DNA of 64,000 nt from Hormiphora californensis (Eukaryota > Animalia > Ctenophora). The notes beneath the pieces were generated by a model. It was not told the DNA's origin, did not search any database, and saw only the letters and a list, made by a program, of their open reading frames with translations. This document shows, piece by piece, positions 51,904 through 64,000 of the stretch. The first letter of the stretch is position 1, and each line of letters begins with the position of its first letter. The position numbers were made by a program, and so were the translations under genes. The stretch covers positions 7,068,001-7,132,000 of the forward strand of contig CM035353.1 of NCBI GenBank assembly GCA_020137815.1, written 5' to 3'.

Positions 51904-54900
51904 GGGAACTATATAGATTGTGAAAAAGTTCATAACGGTAGAAATCATATCAGAGATTTATCAATTGTGTACCGTACTACTAATTGTGTACCGTACTACA
52001 GTGCATGTGTTTGATCAATTCAAGAGTTCCCTTGATGACGTATTGTCTTTAAACTCATTAATGTTTACAAGGGGTAGTACACAAAACTTCTCAAAATTTG
52101 TCGGCCTCTAGTTAGTAACATCTTATAACCAAAAGATAGGTCATAGGAGTAAGTTCCAAGAACCTAGAGCAATTATAGTACACGTTTCTGTGGTTCAGTA
52201 TACAGGTAAAACTGCCTACTTTGAGTTTGTGAAGCATGTTTTTACATACTTCACTCACAACTATTTGAGTCGATTTTGAAGTTTTCTGTGAGTGAAAGCG
52301 AGAGAGAATATTAGGATGAGAAGAAAATGAACAATTTTGCATTCATTAAACTTCATATAAAGAACGTTTCAAGACCGCTAATTACGTTATTATTTTGATA
52401 TAGATCACAACAGACTTTATAGAAACTTCTATATAGCATGGCATTACTATAGACATGACTTTGAGATAATTAAGTTGTGGCATTGATCTATGAAATGTTT
52501 CAATTTCACATTTTAACAACATCTGATTTCAAGACTATTGGGGGGAAATAGTCGTGCCTAAACCTATATTGTATAAACATATTATAACTGCATATTATGA
52601 TAAACGTGAGTTCTACGTTCTGACATGATTAGTGCGTCATAAGTGTAATGCAGCTCTTATACACTTAGTTGAGTATTAAAACTGTAGTTTAGCAAAGTAT
52701 TTAATTCTCTCTTATCTAATTCTCCTTTGTTAAAAGCCTTCAATGGATCTCCCCCAGCTACGCCCTTTCTCAATAATTTTTTTCCTTTAATCCTCTTTAA
52801 CTTTACCCTTTCAATCTAAACCTCTCTCTCACTTTTTCTTTTACTAGAACGTATTAGTTCTCTCTCTCTCTCTCCACCTCTTTGTGTCTGTCTCTCCCTC
52901 TCTCTCTCCCTCCCTCGTTCTCTCTCTCTCTCAAATCTCAATCTCTTTATCTTTGTCTCCCTCTAGACAGAAGTTCTTCAATCTTCAGCATAGTTGCTCA
53001 GCCTCTATGCTGAAGAACTTCTGTTTAGTGTTATGTTATGTTCACAAGTGACTAAATAATCTTCAGTGTGTATTACTTAGACCATTGTACTATTGTAGTT
53101 CTAACTAACTACTAGTTACATTGAGATAGACTTATTCGGATCTTGGGCATCCCGATAAATCGGGCTCCATCTATAAACATAATAGGGTAGCGATTGGCTA
53201 ATTTGAAACATGATGTCTAAAAATCAAAATCTGGTGCACCTGCTGGCCTGTAGAGGGGGTGTTTCAAATTAGCTGCCATTTCAAATAGCCAGTCGCTACC
53301 CTACTGAATAAATTATAGAGTCCAGTCATAGCACTTTGACTTGTTTTGTTTGGAGGGAGCTGGTATGTTGTCCGCTGCTGCTTGTTCAGCCAGATCCATC
53401 AATCCTGGTGGGAGTAATGTTGGGTTCAGGGCAGCCGCCGCCGGCAGTGTGAGTGACATGATAATATGACATGTACTAGACATATCCGTATAGATCTATT
53501 GTTGCCTGGCTAGACTGTGTTTCGGGCGCCCCAATGTAAAGTGAGGGTTAGAACATAACTAATCTATTGCATATAGCTAATAAAATTTAATACTTAGTTT
53601 CTTTTCAGTCAAGTTTAAAGAGAGAGGATTCGTGTGACTCCGCGTCAGCCCATGAATTGATCCGGGTCCCCCTCGATTTTCAAAAAGACATCATCAGAGT
53701 TAATGTTTGTGGTCAGGAACATTTTATAAGGTAACGATCATACAGTCGGACCCCGATATACCAGGCGAAACGGGGGGAGGGGGGGGGTACGTGACCCAAA
53801 TGGTTGGACGCCATGCCTTAAGGGTACACCTCGGCGAAATTTTTGTCGAGTGCCCGCTTAGCTCACCATATGGGGTTGTAGGGCATACCGAGGGGACCTC
53901 AAATATGCAATTTTAGCCCTTAACTCTATATATATATAGCAAAAATATGAATTCGAGTTAAGGGCTAAAATTGCATATTTGAGGTCCCCTCGGTATGCCC
54001 TACAACCCCATATGGTGAGCTAAGCGGGCACTTGACAAAAATTTCGCCGAGGTGTACCCTTAATAAGGGGTGGATACCTAGTGGGTCTCTGACCAATAAG
54101 CAAGCATTTTGGCATGGCATCCAACCAATAAGGTCATGAACCCCTGCCTGATCCCCTCCCGGTCCGACTGATATACATTCTTCATATTTCTCCATCTAAG
54201 CTATGCTCCGAATCCTGCTTTTTGTAAAATCTAGGTATCCATGTATTACATTTTCAGTTCAGCGTTAGTATCTAAGTATCCTAGCACCCTTCTTGGATCG
54301 CCAGCCCGGGAAAGATATTTTCGGACAGATCTAAACAGTTACTACTTCGATAGAAACAGACATGCGTTCGATGCGGTCATGGGGTATTACCTATCAGGTG
54401 GTGTGTTTATGTACCCAGCTAAATTAAACAGGTAATTTTAAATAAATTTTACTTTTAAATATATTCTAATATTGCATGTATAATTATAGATTGTTACAAA
54501 AATTTGGTTGTACAATGAATAAAAACTTCTGAAACTGAATCATTATTTAATTAAACCAATTAGCACGTTTTATCCTGTCTAGGGAGGTGGTACATCGGGA
54601 GATGCTATTTTATAGGATACCAATATTTGATGAACAGGAGGTGGCCCCCGTGGAATTACCCCAACCAACCACTCAAAAGGAAAAGGTGGGACTCCTATAC
54701 TTTATGTTTTGGATAACTTTGTACATTTGAGCATGTGTTAGTTGCATTAACATGTTATTTCAGTTGTTCCAGACGTTAAACTTTCCAAAATCATCAGTCC
54801 TGGCGACAATATTATCGTGTTTGGACTGTGCTCTCATCTTTCTTTCTGTTACACTCCTAATAATGGAAACAGAACCCAAGTTTAAGAAACATTTTGAGGA

Positions 54901-56598
54901 TCCGGAAGACAGTTATTGTCTGTTTCTCTTTGTTCTCAACGCTGCTATCATGGTGAGAACCAAGTTCAGGAACCGACCTACACAAGTAAACAACCAATCA
55001 GAACTCGTTATTTAGGTCACGTGACTGGTTATCAGCCAATCAGGAACCAGTATTTCCTGATTCGGTCGGTTCCTGACCAAGTTATATATATTTCAAAAAG
55101 TACCATATATGCTGCTATTTTGTAAATGTAATCCCGGTATATTCCCCCAGATTTACTTTACGGTCGACTACGGGTTACGCCTCTTCACTCATCCCTCTAT
55201 GAAAGAATTTTTTACAATGATCCTACCCTGGTTGGACCTCCTCTCAATCCTTCCTTTTTATATTGAGTTACTAATGATGGGGTTCTCGTCACATAGACCT
55301 TCTGCATTCGCTGAACCTGGCCAGAGTAAGTGTACATGTATCTCTCTCTCTCTCTCTCTCTCTCTCTGATCCTGGGGGTGGTGAGCTGATCCTGGGTGTG
55401 GTGCAGTGATATTGTGATCCGATCCGAAGGTTATTTTTAGTCTAATCAGTGCATGTATCAGGTGGTAAAATATTAACATGATATTCTGAGAGAGTTTTAA
55501 GAACAATACATCCGTGCACTAGGTAATAACAACGGCGGTGGTCTGGTGGTGTTGAGAGTTTGCAGGATCTTTCGAGTAACGAGAGTGTTCAAATTTGCAC
55601 GCCGTTCGGAGAACCTTCTAATTCTCCTCAAAGCAGTGGGAAACACTTACAAGGAACTTATACTATTGTCCGGTTAGTGTAGAAGACCAAATTACAGTCG
55701 GACCCCGATTTAGGGACACCCTCGGGGGAAAGGCTCTTGTCCACTAAATCGGGGTGTCCACTAAATCGGGGCCAAATAAGGTTAATTTCCTATATCGGGG
55801 GGAAAAAATCCTGTCCCTAAATCGGGGTGCCACTAAATCGGGGTCCGACTGTAGTACAATTGTGTGATCATGATATCCTCCTAAATAGTTGAGGTATAAT
55901 AGTAATATGTTTTCCTTAAAAACCCATATTTTAGGTGTGGTTGGTTTAGCTGTGGTCTCATTTGGTAGCGTGATGTACACAATTGAAAGCTTACCCAGCT
56001 CGCAATGCCCCAATGTGACGAATAGTTCAACTGATGGCTCACAAATAGCTCCTCCTACATGCCAGAAAACTCAGTTCACCTCCATTCTCATGAGCTGCTG
56101 GTGGGCGGTCATTACAGTTACAACTGTGGGTAGGTGTTTTATTATTTGGCATTTTTCATTTAATGCCGTTATACATTTATCACAATTGAACACCGTTGAA
56201 TTCGAATATTAGTGCAATGATTCTGTTTTATTCAGGCTATGGTGATATGGTTCCTATATCTACGTTAGGGAAGTGTATGGGCTCCTTTGCTGTATTCTGT
56301 GGCCTCATTATCATTGCTCTTCCTGCTACAATTATCGGTAATTGTTGGATAAGGTTTTGTGAATTTCCCATTTTTACAAGCAGCCGATTTAGAAAGAATC
56401 CAAGGGGTAACTTTATACTGCCCGCTCTTTATGAGAAACTGCTTTTATGAGAAACCGTCCCTAGCGCGTAAGATCCCCAAAAGGGGAATTACGTATTTTA
56501 ACATCTTCCTTTTTTTAGTAACGCGGTTCAGTGAAGAGTATGAGAGGAGTAAAATGCAGAGTGACGGGGGCGGAGGGTACAACTCAGCCTCCATGTAA
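51335..56598 (+). CDS. Shaker-superfamily voltage-gated potassium channel subunit (T1 plus 6TM), possibly a regulatory type
   Basis: Exons 51335-51442 (start tentative), 53609-53730, 54258-54431, 54583-54685, 54764-54952, 55151-55325, 55523-55672, 55935-56129, 56236-56337, 56519-56598. Motifs T1 YPSTLLG..YYFDRNR..FDAV..YY, S4 LRVCRIFRVTRVFKFARRS, filter WWAVITVTTVGYGDMVP, S6 ALPATII. Confidence 0.92.
51814..51900. repeat. (GA)n microsatellite
   Basis: Directly visible. Confidence 0.95.
53743..54170. mobile_element. Degenerate CAGTCGGAC-family MITE with a nested palindrome (about 53818-54063)
   Basis: CAGTCGGACCCCGAT...GGTCCGACTG ends; inner arms of about 105 bp, TTAAGGGTACACC...GGTGTACCCTTAA. 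Confidence 0.65.
54967..55075. mobile_element. hAT-like 109-bp MITE
   Basis: CAGGAACCGACC...GGTCGGTTCCTG with 8-bp TSD ACCAAGTT. Confidence 0.85.
55694..55851. mobile_element. CAGTCGGACCCC-family MITE
   Basis: TA-flanked TIRs; ends match the outer element at 21861-24224. Confidence 0.85.
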
Positions 56599-58238
56599 TT
56601 TACAACAGACAACATGGAATGAGCCGGGTACTACCAGCTGACCCATGGTTTCCTATTATAGTTATCTTTCATATACTACCTGGATCATATGTAGTCTACT
56701 GCTCCATCGACCACCGTGGAACTATAATACTGTGAATATAAATACCAGACAATTGCCAAACACTTGGATTCAATGGATTCATGGAAGGGCTCCACTTTTA
56801 ATTTAGCTTGTAAACGGGCCACATGAAGTTTATAATTATAAAACACTTGTCTATTATTTGCACCATCGATTATCTAATTCTTTATGCAATAGCGAAGAGC
56901 ATATATTGTGCAGGTCATAGTGATTTTATTAGTGATCGATAATGCTCATTAGTTGTATCTTATCATAGCAGCAAAATGGGGATATTTGGGCAGGTCTGTT
57001 GAATACACGGTCTGCATCGGGCCCGATCGGGTATTATAGTGGAATAGTGATACTAAGTTTCAATGATTTAGTAAGTTTTCAATACGATATTAGTATACTG
57101 ACTGGAGCGTGTAATTGAATTTGTATTGTTTGATTGCTTGGTTTACTCAAATTCAAATTGTGGTTTTACATTTTGAGAGAAGAACTTAACCGCTGGAATG
57201 AACAGGAACATATTTATATTAATAAACTGTAGGGTGAGCCGAGCCGTCAGCACGGACTGTAAAATGCTAGGCGCTACAAGGGTACCTTGACCTCCCCTAA
57301 TTGACTCAATTAGGGGAGGTCAAGGCCAAGGTACCCTTGTAGCCTAGCATTTTACAGTCCGTAGGTTGTCGAGCACGCTCAATTATTGAGCGTGCTCGAC
57401 AACCTATGGGGTTTCCAGCCCAATAAACCTAGCTGGTACTGTGAAAATGGGGGAGAGAGAATTTTGACAGCGCAGGCAAATCTTCGAAGCAATTGTTTTG
57501 AAGATCCTGGTGTGATCGCGCCCTCAAAGATGACGAATATGTCGACAAAATTAGCGATTTTATGGAAAGCGCTGTTATACAGTTAGTTCCATGCATTCCC
57601 CGCCGCGCGGCGCGCATCATAGTTGGACGCAATTTCACCGCAATTTTGACTTTTCGCCGCGCGGGTGTGAAAATTTAAGAAAGTCAAAATGTTTTGCCCG
57701 AAAATTTTGGCCGGCGTTAAAGTCTGGGTATTTGGTAAATGCTGACAAGCGGTTTGGGTTAGGGGTGGGGTTAGGCCTTAAAATTTCCTACCAGATAAAC
57801 TTTGAATTAGTCAAAACGGTTGAGTGGTTTGCCGGTTAGAGCGATTTGAGTGAATCAACGACCAGGGGCGGCTCTGCCATGCGGACGATGCGGACGCGGA
57901 CGCATTTTTACTTTGGATCACGGAGAGAAAAAGAAAAAATTCAAGGAAAAGGGTCAATTTTTTCTCAAAATTTGATGTTTCAAATGAGATTTTTAGTGAA
58001 ATCCGCGTGCCACACAGGTTTTTTGCCGTCGCAGTATGTTTTGATCGGCCCACTACGTCAAAATAGCCAATGCGGACCGTCCGCATTGGGTATTTCGACG
58101 GAACGCGCGAGTTAAAAATGTTTCAGCCGCATTTTGACCAGAGCGGCTGAAAGCCGCGCACCGCCCCTGTCAACGACTGTCTAAACGCTGTGTAAATACT
58201 GAACTTTTTTAGGTATCCCTTGTTTGGGGGCGACGTTA

Positions 58239-58473
58239 GGGCGCGATCACACCGAGATCTTCGAAAGAATTCTTTCGAAGCACCAAACCCGATCACACCA
58301 AATTGTTTCGTTTGGTTCTTGCGCGCGGATGGCTATTGTATGCTTTTCACTGTCGTCAGAGTCACAAAAATAGCAATAGACATACGCACGCAAGAACCAA
58401 TCGAAACAATTTGGTGTGATCGGGTTTGGTGCTTCGAAAGAATTCTTTCGAAGATCTCGGTGTGATCGCACCC
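58239..58473. mobile_element. PIF/Harbinger-like palindromic MITE
   Basis: TTA|GGGCGCGATCACACCG...CGGTGTGATCGCACCC|TTA (3-bp TWA TSD). Confidence 0.75.
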
Positions 58474-59115
58474 TTATCCCTTTGAGGACCATAACGATTG
58501 GCCGAGCAGAATTTTCTAATTTTTTGTGGAGAAGGTCAGGAGAATAGTCTAAGATTATACGAAAAGGGTTTACTGAAATCGGGTTTTTACTTTTTGTGTT
58601 ATGACATGGGTCATATATGACCCAGTGGTACTTATATGGTACAAAAAGGTTAGAGACGTCCTGTGTGAGCTATACTGTTATCAGGGACATAAAAACCGGC
58701 TCATTGGTGTACTAGAGGCATGACTAAACTGTTACAACCGGAATATTACGTCTCAGACGGTTTTTTACCTGATTTGGGTCATATATGACCCAGTGGGCCG
58801 TTTGGGAAAATTTCAATGATATTGCCGAAAATTAATGAGTTTCGCTATTTCAACACAAAATAAGCATTTGAAAGTTATTAATATGCTATATAATGATTGT
58901 TTAACCATTCGAATTAGATATTATGGGAATATTTACTAGATTTGGGTCATATATGACCCAGTGGGTCGTATAGGAAAAAATCATACTTCGAATTCAAAAA
59001 CTCAAATTTCAATCCTTATTTGATGTACAACCAATTACTCGTATCAATACAAATCCAATCAATAATAGTCCAATCATTCTAACTGATGGTGATGATAAAC
59101 AGTTTCGCTTTTGAG

Positions 59116-59813
59116 TCAGACAGAACCCCTCCCTTTACAACCACTAGCCGAACAACCAATATAGGTTTTCTTGTCCGATTTGCAAACATTACACCTACGC
59201 CTCTGATCGACGTAAACTGGAAGATGGCTCCCAGAAAGAGCTGGAGCAGATGATCCGTCTTTCTTAACCTGTTGCAATGGGAATGCCCGTTCTATACAAC
59301 TAAAGTCCTCAACTATACCTCTACAAACTGCCAAACGAAACTCTTTCGAAGTTTCAGTTTTGTTCGGATGGATGGCCTGGTAAGCTATTCGTGAGTTCAT
59401 GAGTGATTGATCCATAAAATTAAACACTAGTCTGAGATAGTACCTGTGTTTCGACCTCCTATCAGTTCCACAAGTAATAGACAGTCTGTCGTGCAAGTCG
59501 ACTCCCCCATTATATAGGCATTGTAGGACTTGATCACTTCTGGGCATGGAAAGGACGTCTTTGTTGCCTTCCCCTTCACTCTTCTCAGGACTGTTTCGAC
59601 TTTTTCACAGCTATTGGCGCTTGTAATGACATGAACAGGCTTATTGTCGATCCATTTTACCACGTTTGTTGCCGTAGATGCTACTGCAGATGCGGCAGGT
59701 GACCGGAATATCTTCATCTCTCCACGTGACATGTCCTTATCTGCAGGAAACGATGGCTCCTTTTCGACCTGCTGAAACTACCCCGGTATAATAGATACCA
59801 TTCTCGAGAAGAT
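59116..59813 (-). pseudogene. piggyBac transposase C-terminal fragment (frameshifted)
   Basis: WIDNKPV...CPEVIKSYNAY / GGVDLHD...RRRCNVCKSDKKTYIGCSASGCKG. Confidence 0.85.
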
Positions 59814-59839
59814 GCAAGAGTAAAACTGGTTGCCTTTAT

Positions 59840-60463
59840 CAATTTGCCTTATACACGGGACGGAAAGAATCACCTGAGCTGGGGCTAGGCGAATCTGTTG
59901 TTGTTAGTCTCACAGAATCTCTGTAGGACACCTGGGTCAACGTGTACGCCGACAACTACTTCTCAACCCCCGCCCTAGTCCTCAATCTTCTCGAGAATGG
60001 TATCTATTATACCGGGGTAGTTTCAGCAGGTCGAAAAGGAGCCATCGTTTCCTGCAGATAAGGACATTTCACGTGGAAAGATGAAGATATTCCGGTCACC
60101 TACCGCATCTGTAGTAGCATCTACGACAATAAACGTGGTAAAATGGATCGACAACAAGGCTGTTCATGTCATTACAAGCGCCAATAGCTGGGAAAAGTCG
60201 AAACAGTCCAGAGAAGAAGGAAGGGGAAGGCAAAAAAGTCGTCCTTTCCATGCCCAGAAGTGATCAAGTCCTACAATGCCTATATGGGGGGAGTTGACTT
60301 GCACGACAGACTGTCTATTACTTGCGGAACTAATAGGAGGTCGAAACACATGTACTATCTCAGACTAGTGTTTAATATTATGGATCAATCACTCATAAAC
60401 TCACGAATAGCTTACCAGACCATCCATCCAAACAAAACTGAAACTTCGAAAGAGTGGTTGTAA
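59840..60463 (+). pseudogene. piggyBac transposase central fragment (stops, frameshifts, deletion)
   Basis: LYTGRKE..LGLGESVV..VYADNYFSTPAL...YNAYMGGVDLHD. Confidence 0.85.
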
Positions 60464-61342
60464 AGGGAGGGGGTTCTGTCTGACTCAAAAGCGAAACTGT
60501 TTTTATCATCACCATCAGTTAGAATGATTGGACTATTATTGATTGGATTTGTATTGATACGAGTAATTGGTTGTACATCAAATAAAGACTGTAATTTGAG
60601 TTTTTGAATCCGAAGTATGATTTTTTTCCTATACGACCCACTGGGTCATATATGACCCAAATCTAGTAAATATTCCCATAATATCTTATTTGAATGGTTA
60701 AACAATCATTATATAGCATATTAATAACTTTCAAATGCTTATTTTGTGTTGAAATAGCGAAACTCATTAGTTTTCGGCAATATCTTTGAAATTTTCCCAA
60801 ACGGCCCACTGGGTCATATATGACCCAAATCAGGTAAAAAACCGTCTGAGACGTAACATTCCGGTTGTAACAGTTTAGTCATGCCTCTAGTACACCAATG
60901 AGCCGGTTTCTATGTCCCTGATAACAGTATAGCTCACACAGGACGTCTCTAACCTTTTTGTACCATATAAGTACCACTGGGTCATATATGACCCAATTTT
61001 TGAAATCGCTATAGCTCAGTCAATTTTTAATATTTTTTGATGCGGCTTTTTTCTTGCAATTCTAGTTGGTCTTCTTCTAAAGTGTTTAAAATTATAGAAA
61101 ATTCGTAGGAGGCGTTTAGAAATGGCATCAAAAGTTAAAAAATGACCAAAATGAACATCATTTGGACCCAATTATCTAAGCCTTAACATCAATGATTGCA
61201 CATGAAACTTGGATTTTTAGGTAGAGAAATGTCTAAACTATGATTTAGGCTTTAGTTTGGGCTCAAAAGTTAATCCTGAAGCTGAGAAATCAGTCTTTAG
61301 TGCAATGGGTCATATATGGCCTGTGGTCCTCAAAGGGTTATA

Positions 61343-61800
61343 TTACGATCTGGGTGTTTGCTGGCCTGTTTACCGGTGTGAGCTGCCAAAAAAGTACCCT
61401 GCACTAATATAAAATGGCTCTGACTACCAAACCACTCGACCGTTTTGGCTAATCCAAAGTTTATCTGACAGGAAATGTCAAGCCCTAACTCCAACCCAAA
61501 CCTCAGCCCTAATTCTAACCCTACTTTGGCCCTAACCCTAAAAAACCGTGAGTGCTGACACTCCAAACACCCAGATTTGGTTGAAAAGTCGAAAAGTGCT
61601 TTGAAAAGCGAGGCCAGCATTAAAATCTGGATGGTTGGAGCGTCAGCACTCACGGTTTTTAGGGTTAGGGGCCAAAGTAGGTTTAGAGTTGGTTGGTTGG
61701 TAAAACGGTTGAGTGGTTTGGCGGTTAGAGCCATTTTAGTGCAGAGTACTTTTTGGCAGTGAGCATCTGTAAACAGGCCAACAACCACCCAGATCGTAAC
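61343..61800. mobile_element. Degenerate palindromic MITE with CCCTAA-like tracts
   Basis: TTACGATCTGGGTG...CACCCAGATCGTAA ends with diverged inverted interior. Confidence 0.6.
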
Positions 61801-62001
61801 GGCGCCCGAAAAGCGCTGCCTTATCCCGTGCTGCCTTATGACTTATCCAACAGTTTTTTCTAATAGGGTCAGTAAATTTGCCAAACATGTCCGCTACAAA
61901 AAATCAAATTTCTATCTGGTGCCAGTTGCTGTTAGACATTTTCAGGCCAAATTTGATATAATCAATGTCAACTATATCAAGACTAATTTTCAGGGCACTT
62001 C

Positions 62002-63850
62002 ATGGAGGCCCCGGTTAGCCTGGAATATCTCCGGAAATGTACAGTAAATGGCTCCTCCAACCATCTCTTGTTCGCTGATCTCGTTATTCTGACTGACAAT
62101 AAGGCACTTCCAGTGCTCCTCAACTTCGCTACCACCTTCGACAGCAACCCTCTTAATGGAATCCACCCTGCTTGTCCCCTCCATATCATTCCATCATCTT
62201 TCAAACAGGGCTGTGCATCATCCGGGCCCAGGACTACCAAACATAATCCATGTAAACTTCGTTTTCTTAAGTGGTGCCAAGAAACCCTGCGGAGAACAAC
62301 TGTTTTTGCACCTGAAGTCACACACTGCCAGTCGTCCTGTGTGCAGAGCCTGGCAGCAAGCTTGTTTGATTGTGGGGTTGTTGTCAGTACAGAACCGTGC
62401 ACTGCTGGATTTAATGGGTTAGGGATATTCACTCTACAACTATCCGTGTCCGATTGTGAAAGTCTACTTTTCGGACATCGTCTTGAAATTCCACCGATAA
62501 CAGTATCTGGTGTTCAAGTGATAGGGGAACTGCCGAAATTCGCTGTTTCTACCGATATGGTGTTACATTTTATCAAGTTCCTAAAATCTATCTGTGGGGG
62601 CGTGGTTGAGGTTTGGGGCGAGGGAATCACTCAGATCGCCCTATCCGATAGGATTGCTATATCAAATATGGTGAAAGAAACCTCCCTGCAATGTATCTAC
62701 TTTCCCTGTGACCGGGTATGTGTTGATTACCTCCGTGTAGTGGCCCCCCTCGTACATCCCAACAGAAAGGCGATATTGTGTCGACCACCTGTCGACCACA
62801 CGGTACAGCGTGCGTTCTCACGTAACTTCATCTTCGATCTGGCCACATGCCAACCAGCTGTTTCAGGACCTAAACGATCATCTGACAGGACGTTGTTGTC
62901 TAATTTTGTGACCGAGTTCAGGGAATCAATCCACCGGCGGTTATCACCAACTTCGTTTGGGGTAAGCGATAAGAACGAGGACCATGGAAAGGTGCTCTCA
63001 CTCTCCCTCGCAGGTTGTACTAACTTCAGTAATGCACTGGTAACACTCCACACCGCATTGCTCGCTAAAAACATCCTAGATGTAGGAAAGTCTCTGCCAT
63101 CGCATCTCTCAGCTTCATTTGCACCCGGTACTGGTCTTGCCAACCTGTACCTAGAGGAGATAGAGCTGGAGGGGGTGTTTTCCAAATTAGGGCTAACTGA
63201 GGTTCGTTCTTGTTGTGCAGAAAGGACCCGGCCTGTAGAGAAAATAACGGAAGACGTAGTAACGTGTGCTCTGGTTTCTGGAAACGGGAACTACGATAAT
63301 CGGAAACATCCCAACACCTCTGCAACCTACCTCCTTGCTTCCCCTATCGCCCTACTGTTCGCCCTGGCTGGTTCTGTCAATGTTGATCTGGGGGATGTTG
63401 CGGAGGAGATCTGGCCGGATCGGGAGAGGCTGATACAGCTGGAGAGCCAGCAAGTTCTGCCCCGGGTTTGTGCACGTGTCTATAGGGAATTTAGGGAGTC
63501 GTGTGCTGCATTTCAGGAAGCGTTACCGGAGCATCAAGGACGAGGCAGGAGGAGGACTATCGGGCCATTCATATGGGATCCTCATTCTCATTATATTATC
63601 AGACCTCCCTACCTGGAAATACCAACAGGTAAAAAGTCGGATTTTTTGAAGTTGTCTTTATGACAATTGCTTTACTGTTTATATTGTCTAAACTGGATTT
63701 ATGTTTTCTAAATATCCTATCTTTTTTCTGTTTTCAGGGTGGTCACGAGACATTGAGAGGGCTAGGGTGCTCATGGCACTAGGTGATAATGTAACCTCAG
63801 ACCAAATATCTCCTAGCGGATCCATGTCACGAAACTCCCCTGCCGCCACG
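62002..63850 (+). CDS. Divergent cytosolic aconitase / iron-regulatory-protein-like gene, 5' part (continues beyond the window)
   Basis: Exons about 61994/62002-63628 and 63738-63850; collinear with ACO1 motifs: RFLKW, GLGI, STD.VL, LSDRIAISNM..E, AVSGPKR, CTN.SN, SFAPGT, VSGN.N...R.HP, YLLASP, IWP.RE, WDP.S.YI.RPPY, LGDNVTSDQISPSG. Confidence 0.88.
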
Positions 63851-64000
63851 GTCAGTACCATCCCCACTATAACAGTTATAACTGTCTATTATATATATAT
63901 ATATATATATGCGTAAACGGTATTATATAGCAAGTATAAATACTTGCATATCCCTTTTACACATCTTTTATAGACACCCTTTTATGTGTTATATGTGCAC

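Larger units (their letters stand above)
58478..61337. mobile_element. Rearranged non-autonomous piggyBac-family element
   Basis: TTAT|CCCTTTGAGGACCA...TGGTCCTCAAAGGG|TTAT; transposase fragments YADNYFS, KWIDNK, YNAYMGGVDLHD and Cys-rich tail RRRCNVC...C; subterminal palindromes TGGGTCATATATGACCCA. Confidence 0.9.

Noticed and set aside
62156-63325. Overlapping alternative-frame and antisense ORFs within the aconitase-like exon
   Set aside because: Shadow ORFs of a real coding exon

Overview
Repeat-rich eukaryotic (animal-like) genomic DNA with short exons. The MITE families resemble ones I recall from ctenophores, but that taxon assignment is unverified. Four spliced protein-coding genes were reconstructed by hand, all on the + strand: (1) a papain-family (C1A) cathepsin-L-like protease ending in a ShK-toxin-like six-cysteine domain (13038-26159), with an apparent +1 frameshift in exon 2 and a second copy of its upstream region and exon 1 bracketed by inverted repeats; (2) a divergent Cdc42-like Rho GTPase with a shortened insert helix (29162-33894); (3) a Shaker-superfamily Kv channel whose S6 PVP gate motif reads PAT (about 51335-56598); (4) the 5' part of a cytosolic aconitase/IRP-like gene that has lost most catalytic residues (62002 onward). 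The rest is mostly non-autonomous mobile DNA: a palindromic Penelope-like GIY-YIG remnant with two minimal hammerhead ribozymes, a rearranged piggyBac with TTAT TSD, a Helentron-like 1.5-kb tandem array, MITEs and foldback elements with Merlin-, MULE-, Kolobok-, hAT-, Harbinger- and Tc1/pogo-type end signatures, a 163-bp satellite, microsatellites and many near-loopless palindromes.
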